In this document: positions 45,258-62,811 of the stretch, piece after piece
Numbering within the stretch: the first letter of the stretch is position 1
Layout of the letters: the number at the start of each line of letters is the position of its first letter
From: Chrysomallon squamiferum
Lineage: Eukaryota > Animalia > Mollusca
Direction: 5' to 3'
Assembly (NCBI GenBank): GCA_012295275.1
Contig: CM022676.1
Location: 7,068,001-7,132,000, forward strand
Length of the DNA stretch: 64,000 bases
Translations under genes and position numbers: made by a program
Notes under the pieces: model-generated
What the model was told of the DNA's origin: nothing
What the model saw: the letters and a program-made list of their open reading frames with translations, nothing else
The model's database searches: none

Positions 45258-48200
45258 AGAAAAGAAGAAAAAGAAAAGAAAAAAGAAATTAAAAACAGAA
45301 ATGTGCTTAGAACAGCTACATAGAGAAAGGAAATATGCAGCAATTTGCTTTATTGTTTTGTTTTTATTAAAACATACTAAAATATAAAATAGAAGATAAT
45401 AATCTTTATTAATAATAAAGTTTTAGAATACAATAACATCTTTATGAGGTTGCAGAGAATCTAATATTTTAGAAAATATTTTTCCATCATGGATGTAAAT
45501 AGTCTGTATATAAAAATTCCTGATAAAATGTGCACTGGACTATGCAGTAATTTATTTTTATTTTTTTTTTTTTCGGAATCTTACAAGTATATTTTAAGTT
45601 AGGAATGTTCGTTGATTATTTTTTTATATCGAATATCTTTGTGGCCTTTATAGGGTTCTGTTTTTAAAGGGTTTTTTTTATAATAAATAACAAAAGAATA
45701 AAGAAACTTTCAACAGCTGGATAAAACTAACCTTCTCAATATTTGTAATAAAAAAAATTCATATAAAAAAAAATATAAATTTTTTTAATGTTAAGAAGTA
45801 TTCTTGAATAGCAATTTTTTTTTTTTTAAATATATTTTGATCTATATGAATAATTTGTTTTATTATTAGCAATGTATCCATTAATGTAAGATTAATGGGA
45901 TAGTTTCTTGGATTTTCTACTACAAAGAAAAAAAAAAAGAAAAAAAAAAAAAAAACAATTATTACACTTTAATTCTCATTTCAAAATATTTTTTACACTT
46001 TATTTTCTCTTGAAATATTTTCAGACATGATAAACATAAAATATATTTTGATATTTATCTGTATGTAAAATCTAACAAGAAAATATATATTACAATTCTC
46101 AAAATTGATTACTGACCTCAGAAGAAAATGTGATCTGCAGCCATAGTGGAAAATGAAAAAATTAATTAAAATGTCTATATGAATTAAATATTGTTTGTAT
46201 TCAGGTATCCATATGTCCTTTATTATTCAGAAAGCAGGAAAGGTTTATACAGATAATGTATTTATGTGGATAGACAACATGAGTTTCATAGTAGGACAAA
46301 TTATTAGTTGTAGATGTAAAGTGAAACTTGCTATTGACTGCTTGTTTGTTTGGTTTTTTTATTCCCCATGTTTTAATAAAAATATTTTTTATGTAGCTAT
46401 ACAACGATCACAGAATATGTACACTATCCACACATACACATATACACAAATGGAGGTATATGTATATGTAAATAAATGCACATCTGCAACTAATGCATGT
46501 GCAGGGAGGTGTCTAATATGAAAAGAAAATTTTAACATCTAACTGTTTATTCTGTTAGCAGTTTTCCTATATCAAAATCTACACAATAGTTAAAAATGTC
46601 CAAATACATTTAATGCACTGTATCATTGTTTGAAGCTATGTAAAACAAAGCTGCATTTGTCTTGGGCAATCCCTGCATTCATTAAACAGACATATTTATC
46701 TACCAAAACCACAGACAAAAAATATATGTTAAGACTAAAAAACCACTATCATGTATATTAAGACTAGATGTGTGTGCCAATTTTACTATTTAATATTTAT
46801 ATATATATATATATTTTTTCATTTTGTTAGTTTATTGTTTCAAATATACATCAGTTTTTGTAAATTTATTTTATATGGATACTGGATATTTTAAAATGTT
46901 TTTTAAAAGAATCAGTATGTATAAATTATAATTTGGGTGTTTGGGTTATTTTGGACAAAGTTATTATACTCGATATTATATATACATACTATTTTTTTTA
47001 AATATGAGATTTTGTTATATAGTTATCTTGGGAATTTGTATTACTATTTTTGAAAAATGTTCTATATTCATGATATTTACCCCATCCTTCTAAATAATAA
47101 ATTATACCAAGCAATTAACTTGACACTGTACTAGCTAAAACTTAACAATTTCTCATCTAATTTAACTATTTACACACTGTTTTATTAGTAAACAGTAAAA
47201 ACATCTGGGGGATATTTTCACTGGGTACGAAAAAATGTTGGTACATAATAAAACATAAAGCTAAAACGTATTTGTCTTAAGAATATATATCCCATCTGTT
47301 TCAGAAGTGAGAATAATACTCAACATTTTTCAGTAAATTTTTAATTTTGTAGCCTATGTATGATGTACTAAATTTTAGTTTTAATTCTTCACATATGGAT
47401 GTATAGAAGAAAAGAAAGGTTGTTAATCATGGTTCTGGATATTAAAGTGCCTTTCGTATTTTTAAAAAGAATCAAAATTCAGTTACATTATATATTTAAA
47501 ATTGTGTGTGTATGTGTGTGTGTATATATATATAAACATAGATACACACACATCAATTGTGCAAGCATGTACATACATACATATATACACACACATTCTT
47601 ACACATTTATATTCAAGCAAATGTGTCTTGGACATAATTGAGAAACCTGGGTTGTCTATACAAGCCTGTTGGTCTGTTAAAAGATTAGAGTAGAAAGTGT
47701 AGTGGCCTTAAAAAAAGTCAGTAATCAGATTTGATCCCAGAATCTATCACTGATGGGTATTGACTTAATCTTTATGCAATGTAGCCTTGGTTTGTTACAT
47801 TATGTACCTTTTGTAATTTTTAAGAATCACAAATTGTTATATAGCTTTACTTACTAATTTTAGCTTCTCATGTTTTAATATATAAAACTAATAGATATAT
47901 GTTTCAAGTTCACAAAATTCTTTCCTTGTGAGAAGCTTGTTTATGTAATTTACTTTTTATGGATTGTTAATATTTTTGGGACATCAACAATTGTATGGTT
48001 TTTTAACATAATTTTTTAAATATTAGACATTTGGAATTTAAACTGATGCAATTTAGTTTCAGCTTTATATATATATATATACACACATATACACATTTTA
48101 AAATCATGTTTTAGTATGCTTTTACTTTCAATTGTGCTAAAAAAATAATTAGATTGCAATTTACTCACTGTTAAATTTTAATCAAGTTTTACCAGTCATA

Positions 48201-48982
48201 AGAAAACAAAATGTTGTACCTCTTTGTTTTTTGAGCTTTACATTATAATAACCCAATTATAATAATGTAGTAATAACTTATTAAAAATCTTTTTTGTTTC
48301 ATGGTGTTTTCTTATTTTTTTTCTTATGTGGAATGTTGCTTTCATCTTCTTAGGATTATTTTGTTTATCTATGTTTATGAAGAGGACTACCTTGTAATAT
48401 TTTATACCATATAAGGATAAAACACAAGATGGATGAAAGTTGCAAGACATGAAGACTTTCTGCACTGCTACATCTTTAAAAAAACAAAAACAAACGTTTT
48501 TAAATTTTTATATTATACAGAGTTAACAGTTAGACCAATAATTTTCTACAAAGGTATGGTTTGTGTTTCAGTTTACCCATCCAACAAACATTCATTAATT
48601 TAATAAAATTTTCTAATATTTAGCAAGCTGTCTAATCAGCAGATCACTTCTTTTTCATTTCTCTATGCATTCATTCCTAACAATTTGTTTCTACTACACA
48701 GAGAGATATATATAAATAAATGTAAATGCAATTTAAATTATAAAAATGTAGACAACACAACAAATTCTGAATTTATTACACTGCATTTTATTTTTGGCTG
48801 AAAGCAGATTTTCGGGGGTGTATTTTTTTTTTTTTTTTTTTGAAATCCAGAGGCACTGAAAGGAGGCAAATAGACTCCTGAAGAATTAACCCCTCCTTTT
48901 CAACAGAAAGAAAAACAAGACGACAAGAAACATTCTGATGTTTTTAATGAATGTGTTATATCACAGAAACGTCAGCATCAGT

Positions 48983-52212
<3,230 letters not shown>

Positions 52213-52761
52213 CTATGCTGCAACTGAATGTGAAATTGTAAACTTTAGGATCTCAGTAGTATATCACACTATTATCACGATTATCATCATCATTAACAAT
52301 AATATTATCAAATCAGTAGGCCCCTATTTTCAATTTTGTCCAATAATACGATCATCATCAAGAAATACTGATACTCAACATTCAGAATTCAATTTAAATT
52401 TGTTAAATTATTGCTTTAAAATAAATAAAGACTGATCAAAAAGTGTTGTTATTTATTTCATAATGAAATATTAGTATTAATATACAAAGTTAGCAGGGAT
52501 ATTTCACCAACTGATCGTATGTCACTGTATCATTCATTGTCACAGTGTCAATATTTCCGTGAATGTAGTCACGATTCATGATTCATAATGTGTCAATATC
52601 AAGTTTTATTAAAGTTAAGAAAATTCTAACGTATATTTTATGATGTGTACAGTTAATATATCTTATGAGGTTCATATTTTTGGATAATCCTATACAAAGG
52701 TATCAATATAAACAGAAAAACATCGTTAGAATGTAAATCCACATGGACGCAGCCATATTAC

Positions 52762-52776
52762 CTTCGGAAAAAGAAC
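52762..52776 (-). promoter_or_regulatory. TCT initiator / 5'TOP and very short non-coding first exon of UBA52
   Basis: Minus strand gttCTTTTTCCGAAG|gtaata: a pyrimidine tract typical of ribosomal-protein transcription starts, followed at once by a strong donor. Confidence 0.75.
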
Positions 52777-53739
52777 GAAACGGGGTTTACACAGACTAAT
52801 ACAGGAACGAAATAATAATGTTATCTAAAGGATACATATCATTATATTCTTGGTTTGCAAATGGTTCACGTTTCTTTTTTCCTTTTTACTTTGTTCAGTA
52901 ATTATTAAATTTATGTCAGTATATTTATTTTTTAAATTATATTTTTAAATGGGAAATAGTATTTTTTTTTGTTTTTGAATTTATAAATTATCGAAATTAT
53001 CAATTATCAAAGATCAGAATTATTTTCATTTTTTTTCTAAATGTAGCTCATTTAGAACATTTGAGAACAATATTTTTGTCTACATCTATATGTCTGTGTC
53101 TATGTATGGAATTTATTTATTTTATTTTATTTTAATCAGAACACGTAATATTGTCTATTTTTCATAACATTTCAATACATTTCGAGCTGTCCATCTTGCG
53201 ACCGACCTTGAAAAATATTCATGGATAAATTTCTGATGTTAAAATCTCGTTTTTTTTTTCTTTCTAAGTTAGTGTTCCTTATCATAATAACAATAATAAT
53301 AGCTAAGATGGGCATCTCCATTAATTATGCATAAATAAATTCTGAATTATTTACTTCTTGTTATTAATATTAATATATATTAACACTTCATTTTTTAAAA
53401 TAAATTTCTTATGGGTTTTCTTTCTTTATTTTGTTTCATAGATTTCAAACATTTTAATCAATTATGTTTTAGAACACTGTAATTCACGAAATTTAAAAGA
53501 ATTAAAATAAATAATTTATGAAAATAATAAAATAGTTTGGAATTAAATTTAACCTATACATTTTCTAATTTGGATTTCGATATAGTGTTTCAGTTTATTT
53601 AATGTTTAATAACTATCTGCTCTTCTTTATAATAATAGTTTCAATGATGTGGTCGTTTCTGTACAGTTCACAATCACCAACAATTCTTTAGGAATATAGC
53701 TTTTGTTTATTTTTAGAACAGGACGACCGTTTCTTCGAT

Positions 53740-53890
53740 AGACGGCGCTGAAGAAACAGGTGCACGCGCTGCGTAACCTCCGACCTGGGTCACAATAAGT
53801 TCATACTTTTGTTCCACGTGCGATATGATTGGACTGAAAGCAGAGGTAGGGTTTTGTTGATTGGTCGAAATAGATCAAACAGCGGCGGCT
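53740..53890 (+). promoter_or_regulatory. CpG-rich promoter with an E-box and two reverse CCAAT boxes
   Basis: CACGTG at 53815-53820; TGATTGG with ATTGG at 53828 and 53860 (32 bp apart); local CpG enrichment against the AT-rich background. Confidence 0.55.
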
Positions 53891-54029
53891 GTCTTGTGAA
53901 AGGATGCAGGCATTGATTCGCGTTATCATTGAATTAGCAACAAATTTAAATCTAGGAACTTAATAACGAGATAGAGGTATTCATAAGACGTATGGAGACA
54001 TCCTAGCACTACTAATTTTGGATACGGTC

Positions 54030-54087
54030 ATGCGTTCTGGATGGTTTGCCTGGTTCTGGCTTGGAGTTTTGACACCCCTGCAACTTG
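54030..54087 (+). CDS. Putative first coding exon (signal-peptide-like MRSGWFAWFWLGVLTPLQL, phase 1) of a secreted or membrane protein gene extending beyond the window
   Basis: ATG downstream of the promoter-like region, 19 mostly hydrophobic codons, and a consensus donor TTG|GTAAGT. No downstream exon was identified with confidence. Confidence 0.55.
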
Positions 54088-54737
54088 GTAAGTAAACAAA
54101 AATTAAAAATACTAAAAAAGAAAAAGATTTTTTTTTTTTTCCCACACTTTTCACGAATTTTCCTTCCTTATACCAAACAATACCAAATCAGTTTTTTCCT
54201 TATCTGTGTGTCATCACAAACGAAATCGCATGATAGAGATTAAAATCAGGCTTTTTGCATAAAACTTTAAACGCTTTGCGAAGGAATTTCTGTTTTAGCG
54301 TCGGCGTTCCAATAGAGTAACGCCAAAAGTAAGAAGACAGACAAAAAAAAAAAAGCGTGTTAGGTAAATTATAGGCGGCGTTGTATTGTGTCTGTCAAAA
54401 CAGAGCGCGTCTGCTTCGCACGTGGGATTATCAAACTGAAAGTAGACTCCAGCAGCTTAAATATAGTACATCTGTACATAGGTATGACCTACTACTACCT
54501 ACCTGGCTCGGTGAGCGAGCGAGCGAGTGTGTGTGTATGTTCCATTAACGAAGTTGTCATGGACCAGGTGTAAAGCGATATTTTACAGGTGTGAATGCTA
54601 CGTTTGTTGTTTTTACCTCCCAAAACTGGGAGTTACGCGTCCATCAGTAATTTGTTTTAACATTGTTAGAATGTTTATTTTTGTATCTTTGCCACATTTT
54701 GTTTTTATTCATATTATTCTGTTAAATTAAATTTAAA

Positions 54738-54788
<51 letters not shown>

Positions 54789-55179
54789 GAACTAAATACA
54801 TAAGATCTGTCATGTCTTCCAGAACCTTTATTTATTTATTTTTTGATTCTTCAAATCTTTCAATAAAGTATTCAGATAGACAGTTTATAAGGTTGAATAT
54901 AAATTATTAATATAATAGATCTTAAAGATGACAAACAGTATTTTAAATATACATATTTAATTCAGTTTTGTTTCTGTAGAAGTTTTAATATATGTACTAT
55001 ATACAACATTTTGAATTATCTCTCTGTGCGTATGTGTATGAAACTCAAAATGTATATATACTTCACACATATACATCATACACACATACATATATTTTAC
55101 ATTACACATACAAATATATGCATATAAATATACTTTCTCTCTCTATGTAGCTTACACACACACAGAGACTCAGTATAAA

Positions 55180-55985
55180 AGCACATTATATACATAGTGA
55201 ACTGATAAAATACATATAGACTGGTTGTATTGTATTACTTTTGTCTTAAAGCACATTATACTATATACATATTGACTGGTTGTATTGGTTAGTTTTGTCT
55301 TAAAGCACATTATATTATATACATTGAGTGAACTAATAAAATACATATAGACTGTTGTACTGGTTAGTTTTGTCTTAAAGCACATTATATTACATACATA
55401 CAGAGAACTGGTAAAATACATATTGACTGGTTGTATTGGTTAGTTTTGTCTTAAAGCACATTATATTACATACATTGAGTGAACTAATAAAATACATATA
55501 GACTGTTGTATTGGTTAGTTTTGTCTTAAAGCACATTATATTACATACATACAGAGAACTGGTAAAATACATATAGACTGTTGTATTGGTTAGTTTTGTC
55601 TTAAAGCACATTATATTATATACATAGAATGAACTGATAAAATACATATAGACTGTTGTATTGTATTAGTTTTGTCTTAAAGCACATTATATTATATACA
55701 TAGTGAACTGGTAAAATACATATTGACTGATTGTATTGTATTAGTTTTGTCTTAAGGCACATTATATTATATACATAGAATGAACTGATAAAATACATAT
55801 AGACTGTTGTATTGGTTAGTTTTGTCTTAAAGCACATTATATTATATACATTGAGTGAACTGATAAAACACATATAGACTGGTTGTACTAGTTAGTTTTG
55901 TCTTAAAGCACATTATATTACATATGTATAGTGAACTCATAAAATACATATTGACTGGTTGTACTGGTTGGTTTTGTCTTAAAGA
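55180..55985. repeat. Tandem satellite-like array, about 75 bp unit, about 11 copies
   Basis: Unit ttagttttgtcttaaagcacattatatta(t/c)atacat...gaactg(a/g)taaaatacata(tag/ttg)actg(g)ttgtattgg with high identity between copies. Confidence 0.93.
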
Positions 55986-56120
55986 GTTCCCAGTGGGAAA
56001 CTAATACAAATCTGTCTGATACACCAGTCTAATAGTGAACTCTTACACAGACTGCACTTCACTGCTACACAGTGAGCTGACGTTCTTTAGTTTTATACAT
56101 CAATCTTACAAAGCCTGTAG

Positions 56121-56153
<33 letters not shown>

Positions 56154-56291
56154 CTGTGTGTATGTTTATTTTATTTTTGCACAACCTTCTTACAGTCGCT
56201 CTGTGTATATAGTTTTCATATGTGTGTCTGTATATGTAAATATGTTACTCAGTCTGTATGTCATCTATTACCTTTAAGTTTCACATATCTT

Positions 56292-56364
<73 letters not shown>

Positions 56365-56719
56365 ACATTACTGTCTGTTTTTTATGTAAATATGTGTTAA
56401 TATTTATTAATTTTTTATCTTTTTTTTGATACACAGAGGTATACTTGTATATGGCTGTGTTTTGTAGGCATATGTGAACAGTTTTCCTATCTGTTATATA
56501 TTGACTTAAACAGAGATGAATTTATTGTTAAGTTCATTATTATACAGTCCTGGATGTGTGTGTGTGAATTTGGCTTCTTGTGTGTGTGATGGGTTTGTGG
56601 ATATGTATGGATGTTTGTTAATGTTTTTATTTTTGCATAAATATACACAAATGCATACATAAATGTATAGATCTATATATGTGTACACACACACACACAC
56701 ACATACATACATACACACA

Positions 56720-56757
<38 letters not shown>

Positions 56758-57149
56758 TACACACACACACACATATATGTGCACACACATTCTTTCTGCT
56801 GTCAGTGGTAATCACACACACACACACACACACACACAACATACAGACACACACACACATAACACACACAGACACATACACATAACATGCACACACATTC
56901 TTTCTGCTGTCAGTGGTAATTACATACATATCTCCTTCTCGTTCATTTAACACGACCAGACAAAAAAAGAAGTAATTTTTCTAATTTTATGCCTCACGTT
57001 TAGAATTTAAACTTTATGAGAGTGCTCTGGGAATATCAAATTTCGGTGATGAAGTCTGGCATAACAAAAACCAGGAACTGCCGATTCCATCAAGAATTTG
57101 GTTTGTTACATATGATAAAATTAACTAATTAGTATCATATCTAATATAT

Positions 57150-58170
57150 CCAATATGCTACGCATGAATTATCTGTTGTATGTAACAGGTATAAGTTAAT
57201 TATTTCAAAGTTAATGTTAAACACATGTAAGTGTGCTTTGCATAGATTTCACGTGTTATAATACGAATACTTTAATTTTATTACATCAAATGTCATAGAA
57301 TATCAAATATATTAAGTATGGTATGCATGTGTTACCTGTTATATGGAACAGGTATACGTTAATTATTTCATAGCTAAAACTAAATCTCTGCTCATTACCT
57401 GTTATAATATTAATACATTGATTATATTATATCTGATACATTAAGTATGGATTGCATGGAATATCTGCTGTATGTAATAGGTACAAGTTAATTATTTCAT
57501 AGCTAATGTTATATATATGCAAGTAGGCTACACATTGTCTTTTATATTATTAATACATTGATTAGATTATATCTGATATTAAATAGGCTATACATTAATT
57601 ATCTGTTGTATATAAGAGGCATAACTTAATTATTTCATAGCTAATAAACACGTGCAAGTATGCTATATATAGGTGTTTATCTCTTATGATGATATATTAG
57701 ATATATTACATCTCTTACATTAAGTGTGGTATGTAAAAAGTATCTGACGTATATAACAGGTGTGTGTTATATATTTCATAGCTAATATTAAACATCTGAA
57801 TTAACTGTATTAATATTAATAGACTGATTATTAAATCTAATATTACCAATACACTACTATATTACCAATATATTAAGTATGGCATGCATGACTTATCTGA
57901 TGTATATGTATATAACAGGTATATGTTAATTATTTCATAGTTAATATTGAACACATGCTGTTATGCGAAGTATGGGTTTTCCAAGCTCTGTTTTAGTAGT
58001 TATCGTTGTTAAACTAACTTCTAATGAAGAGCATTACCTGGCTTGTCTGTCTGTTGTATTTTTAAAAGTATGATTTAATTAACACATGACTCAAGCATGC
58101 ATTGCATGTATAGTCTACTAAAATTTGTAATGCTAATTTAATTTACATGTATACTGTATCAGCATGACTT
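57150..58170 (+). repeat. Left arm of a long inverted repeat (degenerate 120-180 bp tandem units plus a unique core)
   Basis: Units atctgttgtatataacaggtat.(t)gttaattatttcatagctaat; the core 57960-58053 is the exact reverse complement of 60540-60633. Confidence 0.85.
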
Positions 58171-58866
58171 CATTATTTGTTAGCTTTTATTTCAGTATGT
58201 ATACAATAGCTACACAGAAATACACATTTATAATTGTGTGTGTGTGTGTATGTGTGTATATATATATGTGTATATGTGTGTGTGTGTGTGAATGCATGTA
58301 TAGTTTATACACACAAACACATGCATATGTACATAGATGTAGGGTGTGTAATTTGTTGCTAATCAAAAATGTACACTACGTAACCACACATGAATACCTT
58401 TGTATTAATTTTTAACAAAGTTGCTCTATGCTATACTTAAGTTCCTATAGTATGTATTTATTGTTACAAAACTACAGCCTGGTTAAAATAACATTTACAT
58501 CACTTAGTAACATACAATACTAAAGTGTTATTGTACCAGCGATATTACATAACAGATAAAAACCGAAACTGTCCTGAAGGCTTTTTCTTGTTAGTCAGAA
58601 CTGAAAAATAACATGGTCTCAAGTGGAATCGATTCTTTCAACTGGCAGCAATCTCATGACCTTCGATGTATATATAAACCATGATAATAATTTATTTAAT
58701 ATGTCAAAAATAACTTAGTGAGGGAGTAGGTAGGGTCAGGGTTTTTTTTTATTTTTTAAATTTTTTTTTGTTTTTGGTTTATATGTAAGTATTAGTGTGT
58801 GTGTGTGTATATTTGTGTGTGTATATATATATGTATTTTTTGTGTATGTGTATGTATATATATGTG

Positions 58867-58910
<44 letters not shown>

Positions 58911-60439
58911 TACATACACACACACACAGATATATAAACAATATATTCTGCTTTGTGTTTCTCTCTTAAATGCACATCCGATATATTGGCATATCCTCTC
59001 TCTCTCATGTGTGTGTGTGTGTGTGTGTAAAAAAATCTAACCTTACAAACCTCCCACTAACCAGCTTCTAGCGAGGTTTAAGAAACAAAACACACATTTC
59101 CATGCTGAAGTAGTGTTGAAAATAAATATAATTAATAACAAAGCATAGGCTCTATTTATACTGAGCCAGATCTGTAATAAATTAGATCACAGAAAACTGG
59201 AATTCGTCTAAGAATGAAGATATGATTTCCAAAAAGAGAACAAATTAAATTATCCAATTAAGTATTAATATTGTTTGCTTGCGAGGATTATAACACATGT
59301 GGAAGCTTTGTAATACAGTTTTATACAGTGTGAAACAGTTACTAAGAATAATATGACAAAGATAGTTGTACAATGTTAATGTTGTTCAAAAATAACTCAA
59401 TATTAGTACAAGAAGTGCACTTGATTACATTGTTTTACAATGTATAAAATAAATTGGTTGCAATATGTTGTATAAAAATAACTAAATATGGAAAAATTGA
59501 CTAAGATAATTATACAATGTTAGTGTGTTTAAAAATAAATCAATATTTATTACTGCGTTTGATTAACTTTGTGTTACAAGGTGCAAAAATAAGTAATATG
59601 GGGAAAAATGGACTTGGTAATTATAGAATGTTAAAAATAACTAAAAATGTATTACAATATCTGCTTGATTACATTGTGTTACAAGGTAAAAAAAAAAGAT
59701 ATGGTTATAGTATAAAAATTATATAAAATTGTATAAAATTAACTAAATATTGAAAAATATTTGTTTGTTGGAAATAACTCAACATTAGTATTATAACTGT
59801 ACTTAATTTCATTGGGTTACAGTATGTTCCAATAAAAATAACTATAAAAATAACTAACTATGGTAAAAATTGGCTAAGATAATTGTAGAATATAATGTAA
59901 AAAATAATTCAAGTTATTATAAGATCTTTTTATTATTATTATTTTATTTTAATAAAAATGAAAAAATATGAGGAAAAAAGTTGTACAATATTAAAATACT
60001 TTGTACAGGTAGTGTAAAAATAAGAACATTTTTACAGTGCTGTGAATAAGAAAATGAAATAAAATTTATAAATCACAGGATAAAACTAAAAATCGAACTA
60101 TAATAAAAATGTGAGCAGTAATTCTATGTGATTTCTTTTTATCACACACTAAAACATGTTTATATCACAACCTACACAGTGAAATATCATTTGTATAACA
60201 TTCCCACACAATATGTATTGTATTTATTGGCTACAGATATGTGAATCATACCTAAAGCTATCAAACTACTGAAGTAGTAATTTATTTGTAACTGTATCAA
60301 AACCTGTTATACATACATACATGTATACATACATACATACATACAAACAAACATATACACATACACACATACATATATACATATTATATATATATAATTA
60401 TAAATGTGTATAATTACTGAAATAAAAACTATCAAATAA

Positions 60440-61160
60440 TCAAGTCATGCTTATACATGTACATTAAATTAGCATTAAATAGTTTAAGAGATACATTCTT
60501 GTATCATGTGTTCATTAAATCATACTTATAAAAATACACCAGACAGACAAGCCAGGTAATGCTCTTCATTAGAAGTTAGTTTAACAACGATAACTACTAA
60601 AACAGAGCTTGGAAAACCCATACTTCGCATAACTTCATGTGTTCAGTATTAGTCATATTTAACATATACCTGTTATATACAACAGATAATTCATGCAAGC
60701 CATACTTAATAGTATTAGACATAATATAATCAGTGTATTATATTAAAACAGTTCATTCATATGTTTAATATTAGATATGAAATATTTAACCTTTTTTACC
60801 TGTTATATACATCAAATAACACACACACACACACACGTTTTTAATTACTCCTATCAGTTCATCTTCCAACTGTCTAAACATGTACTAACACCATAATTAA
60901 TATAAGAGATGTAATACAGTTAATATAATCACATCATAAGAGATAAACAAATGTCTATGTATAACATACTTGCATCTGTTTAATATCAGCTATGAAATAG
61001 TTAACATACACTTATTATAAGTCAGATAATTCATGCATACCATACTTGATATAGAAGATATAATATGTTTAATATTTATTATATTACATACACATATAAT
61101 ATAATTAATATTTTATAAGAGATAAACACCTACATATAGCAATATTATCTATGAAATATT
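60440..61160 (-). repeat. Right arm of the long inverted repeat
   Basis: Reverse-complement copy of the 57.15-58.17 kb region: identical 94-bp core, decayed flanking units (acctgttatatac..cagataattcatgca..ccatactt). Confidence 0.85.
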
Positions 61161-61866
61161 TTATTAATTAATAGCTGTTACATACAGCAGAGTCAATGCA
61201 TAACATCGATACATACATACATACATACATACATACATACTTAAAGTATTCAAATCCTGACATACATACATACACATGCATATATTGGGTTGGAACAAGT
61301 GTTTCAATAGGTGGCATTTGAGGACATGATTTCATTTTACACATGACAAAATTATACAACATATAAACATGTTCTGAAAGGTGAACAAAATGGTATATAT
61401 ATATATATATGGTTGAATAAATTCATGTACAAGTATCTAAATATTATCTTTTTTACTCAAAAAAATGCTATGAACTTCTGTTCAACCCAGTACATACATA
61501 CCTACACACATACATACATACATACATTTGTATATAAGCATAACTATACACTGTGTACAAATTGTTCAGACCATTTGTCTTGTATGATGTATAAATTCAA
61601 GAACTCATCAATTTCATTGTTAATGTTTTCTTCATCTCACAACAAACATAACTTCTGTATTTCCACTTAAATTTCTGTGACGCATTAAATTAACATGCAT
61701 CTGAAAAATAACACCTTTATTTGTGACAGTTTTGTTACGTTTGATATCACTGATTAATGATTATTTTTAACAGTGTGAAGATTCATTTGACATGTGGCTC
61801 TCTTGTAACAGGGAGTTAGGTTATCAGAAATACTGTTAATGGATTTTTTTTTATTTTTATTTTTAC

Positions 61867-61897
<31 letters not shown>

Positions 61898-62077
61898 ATT
61901 TAACCTTATGGAATTTTAACTCATTCATATGTATGAATAGTGTAATATCTGTAATGTACGTGCGTCTACATACGTACATGGTTACGTCTGTGAGGGTGTC
62001 TGTGAGTGTGAATTAGACTATAATTTCGTTACATTTCTCACCAGACCTATGTTTAATACCATTAGCATTTTTTCCTT

Positions 62078-62119
<42 letters not shown>

Positions 62120-62752
62120 AAGCCGTGACATAACCTGTATATTATTCCTATACAATACGCACATTTATTGCCTGCTTGATGTGTGAATCGCTAGGCTGCA
62201 GTTGTGAGCGGTACTACTCAAGGGTACGTCGCCGGCTAATTATTCCTCGCCAGTTCATTATTGATTTTTATTTCTTCTCTTCAACATGACCCCCAAGATT
62301 CACATTGTGTTGGAAAATGTGGAACTCTTTTATTGAAAAGGAGATGAATTCTCACAAAATGGTTTTTGTTTTGTTTTTTTTTTTTTTTTTTTTTTTTTTC
62401 TTCTCCAAAGCTACGAATGCTGATATCCAGTGATTTGTCATGGCACTGAATTTAGAAAGAAAATTAAACAGGAATGTTTTTTTTTTGTTGGTTTTTTTGT
62501 GGTTTATTATTTTTTTTATTTTATTTTTGCTGAGATTTATAAAACCATCTTCTTTTATTATTATTTATATTATTTATTTTTATATATATATATATTTTTT
62601 TTTTATTATTATTATTATTTTTTTTTTTTAATTTAAATTTTTTACATTTATTTTCTAAAATCTTATTTTGTTATTATTTTAATATCTTACTTTTTGATTT
62701 ATTACTAAATATATTATTTATGCATTTCTGGTATTTATTTATTTATTTATTA

Positions 62753-62811
<59 letters not shown>

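Noticed and set aside
55170-55985. CRISPR-like array or repetitive protein ORFs (NIMCFKTKLTNTT repeats)
   Set aside because: Units are contiguous near-identical repeats without unique spacers, there are no cas genes, and the context is eukaryotic; the ORFs are frame-shifting translations of the satellite.
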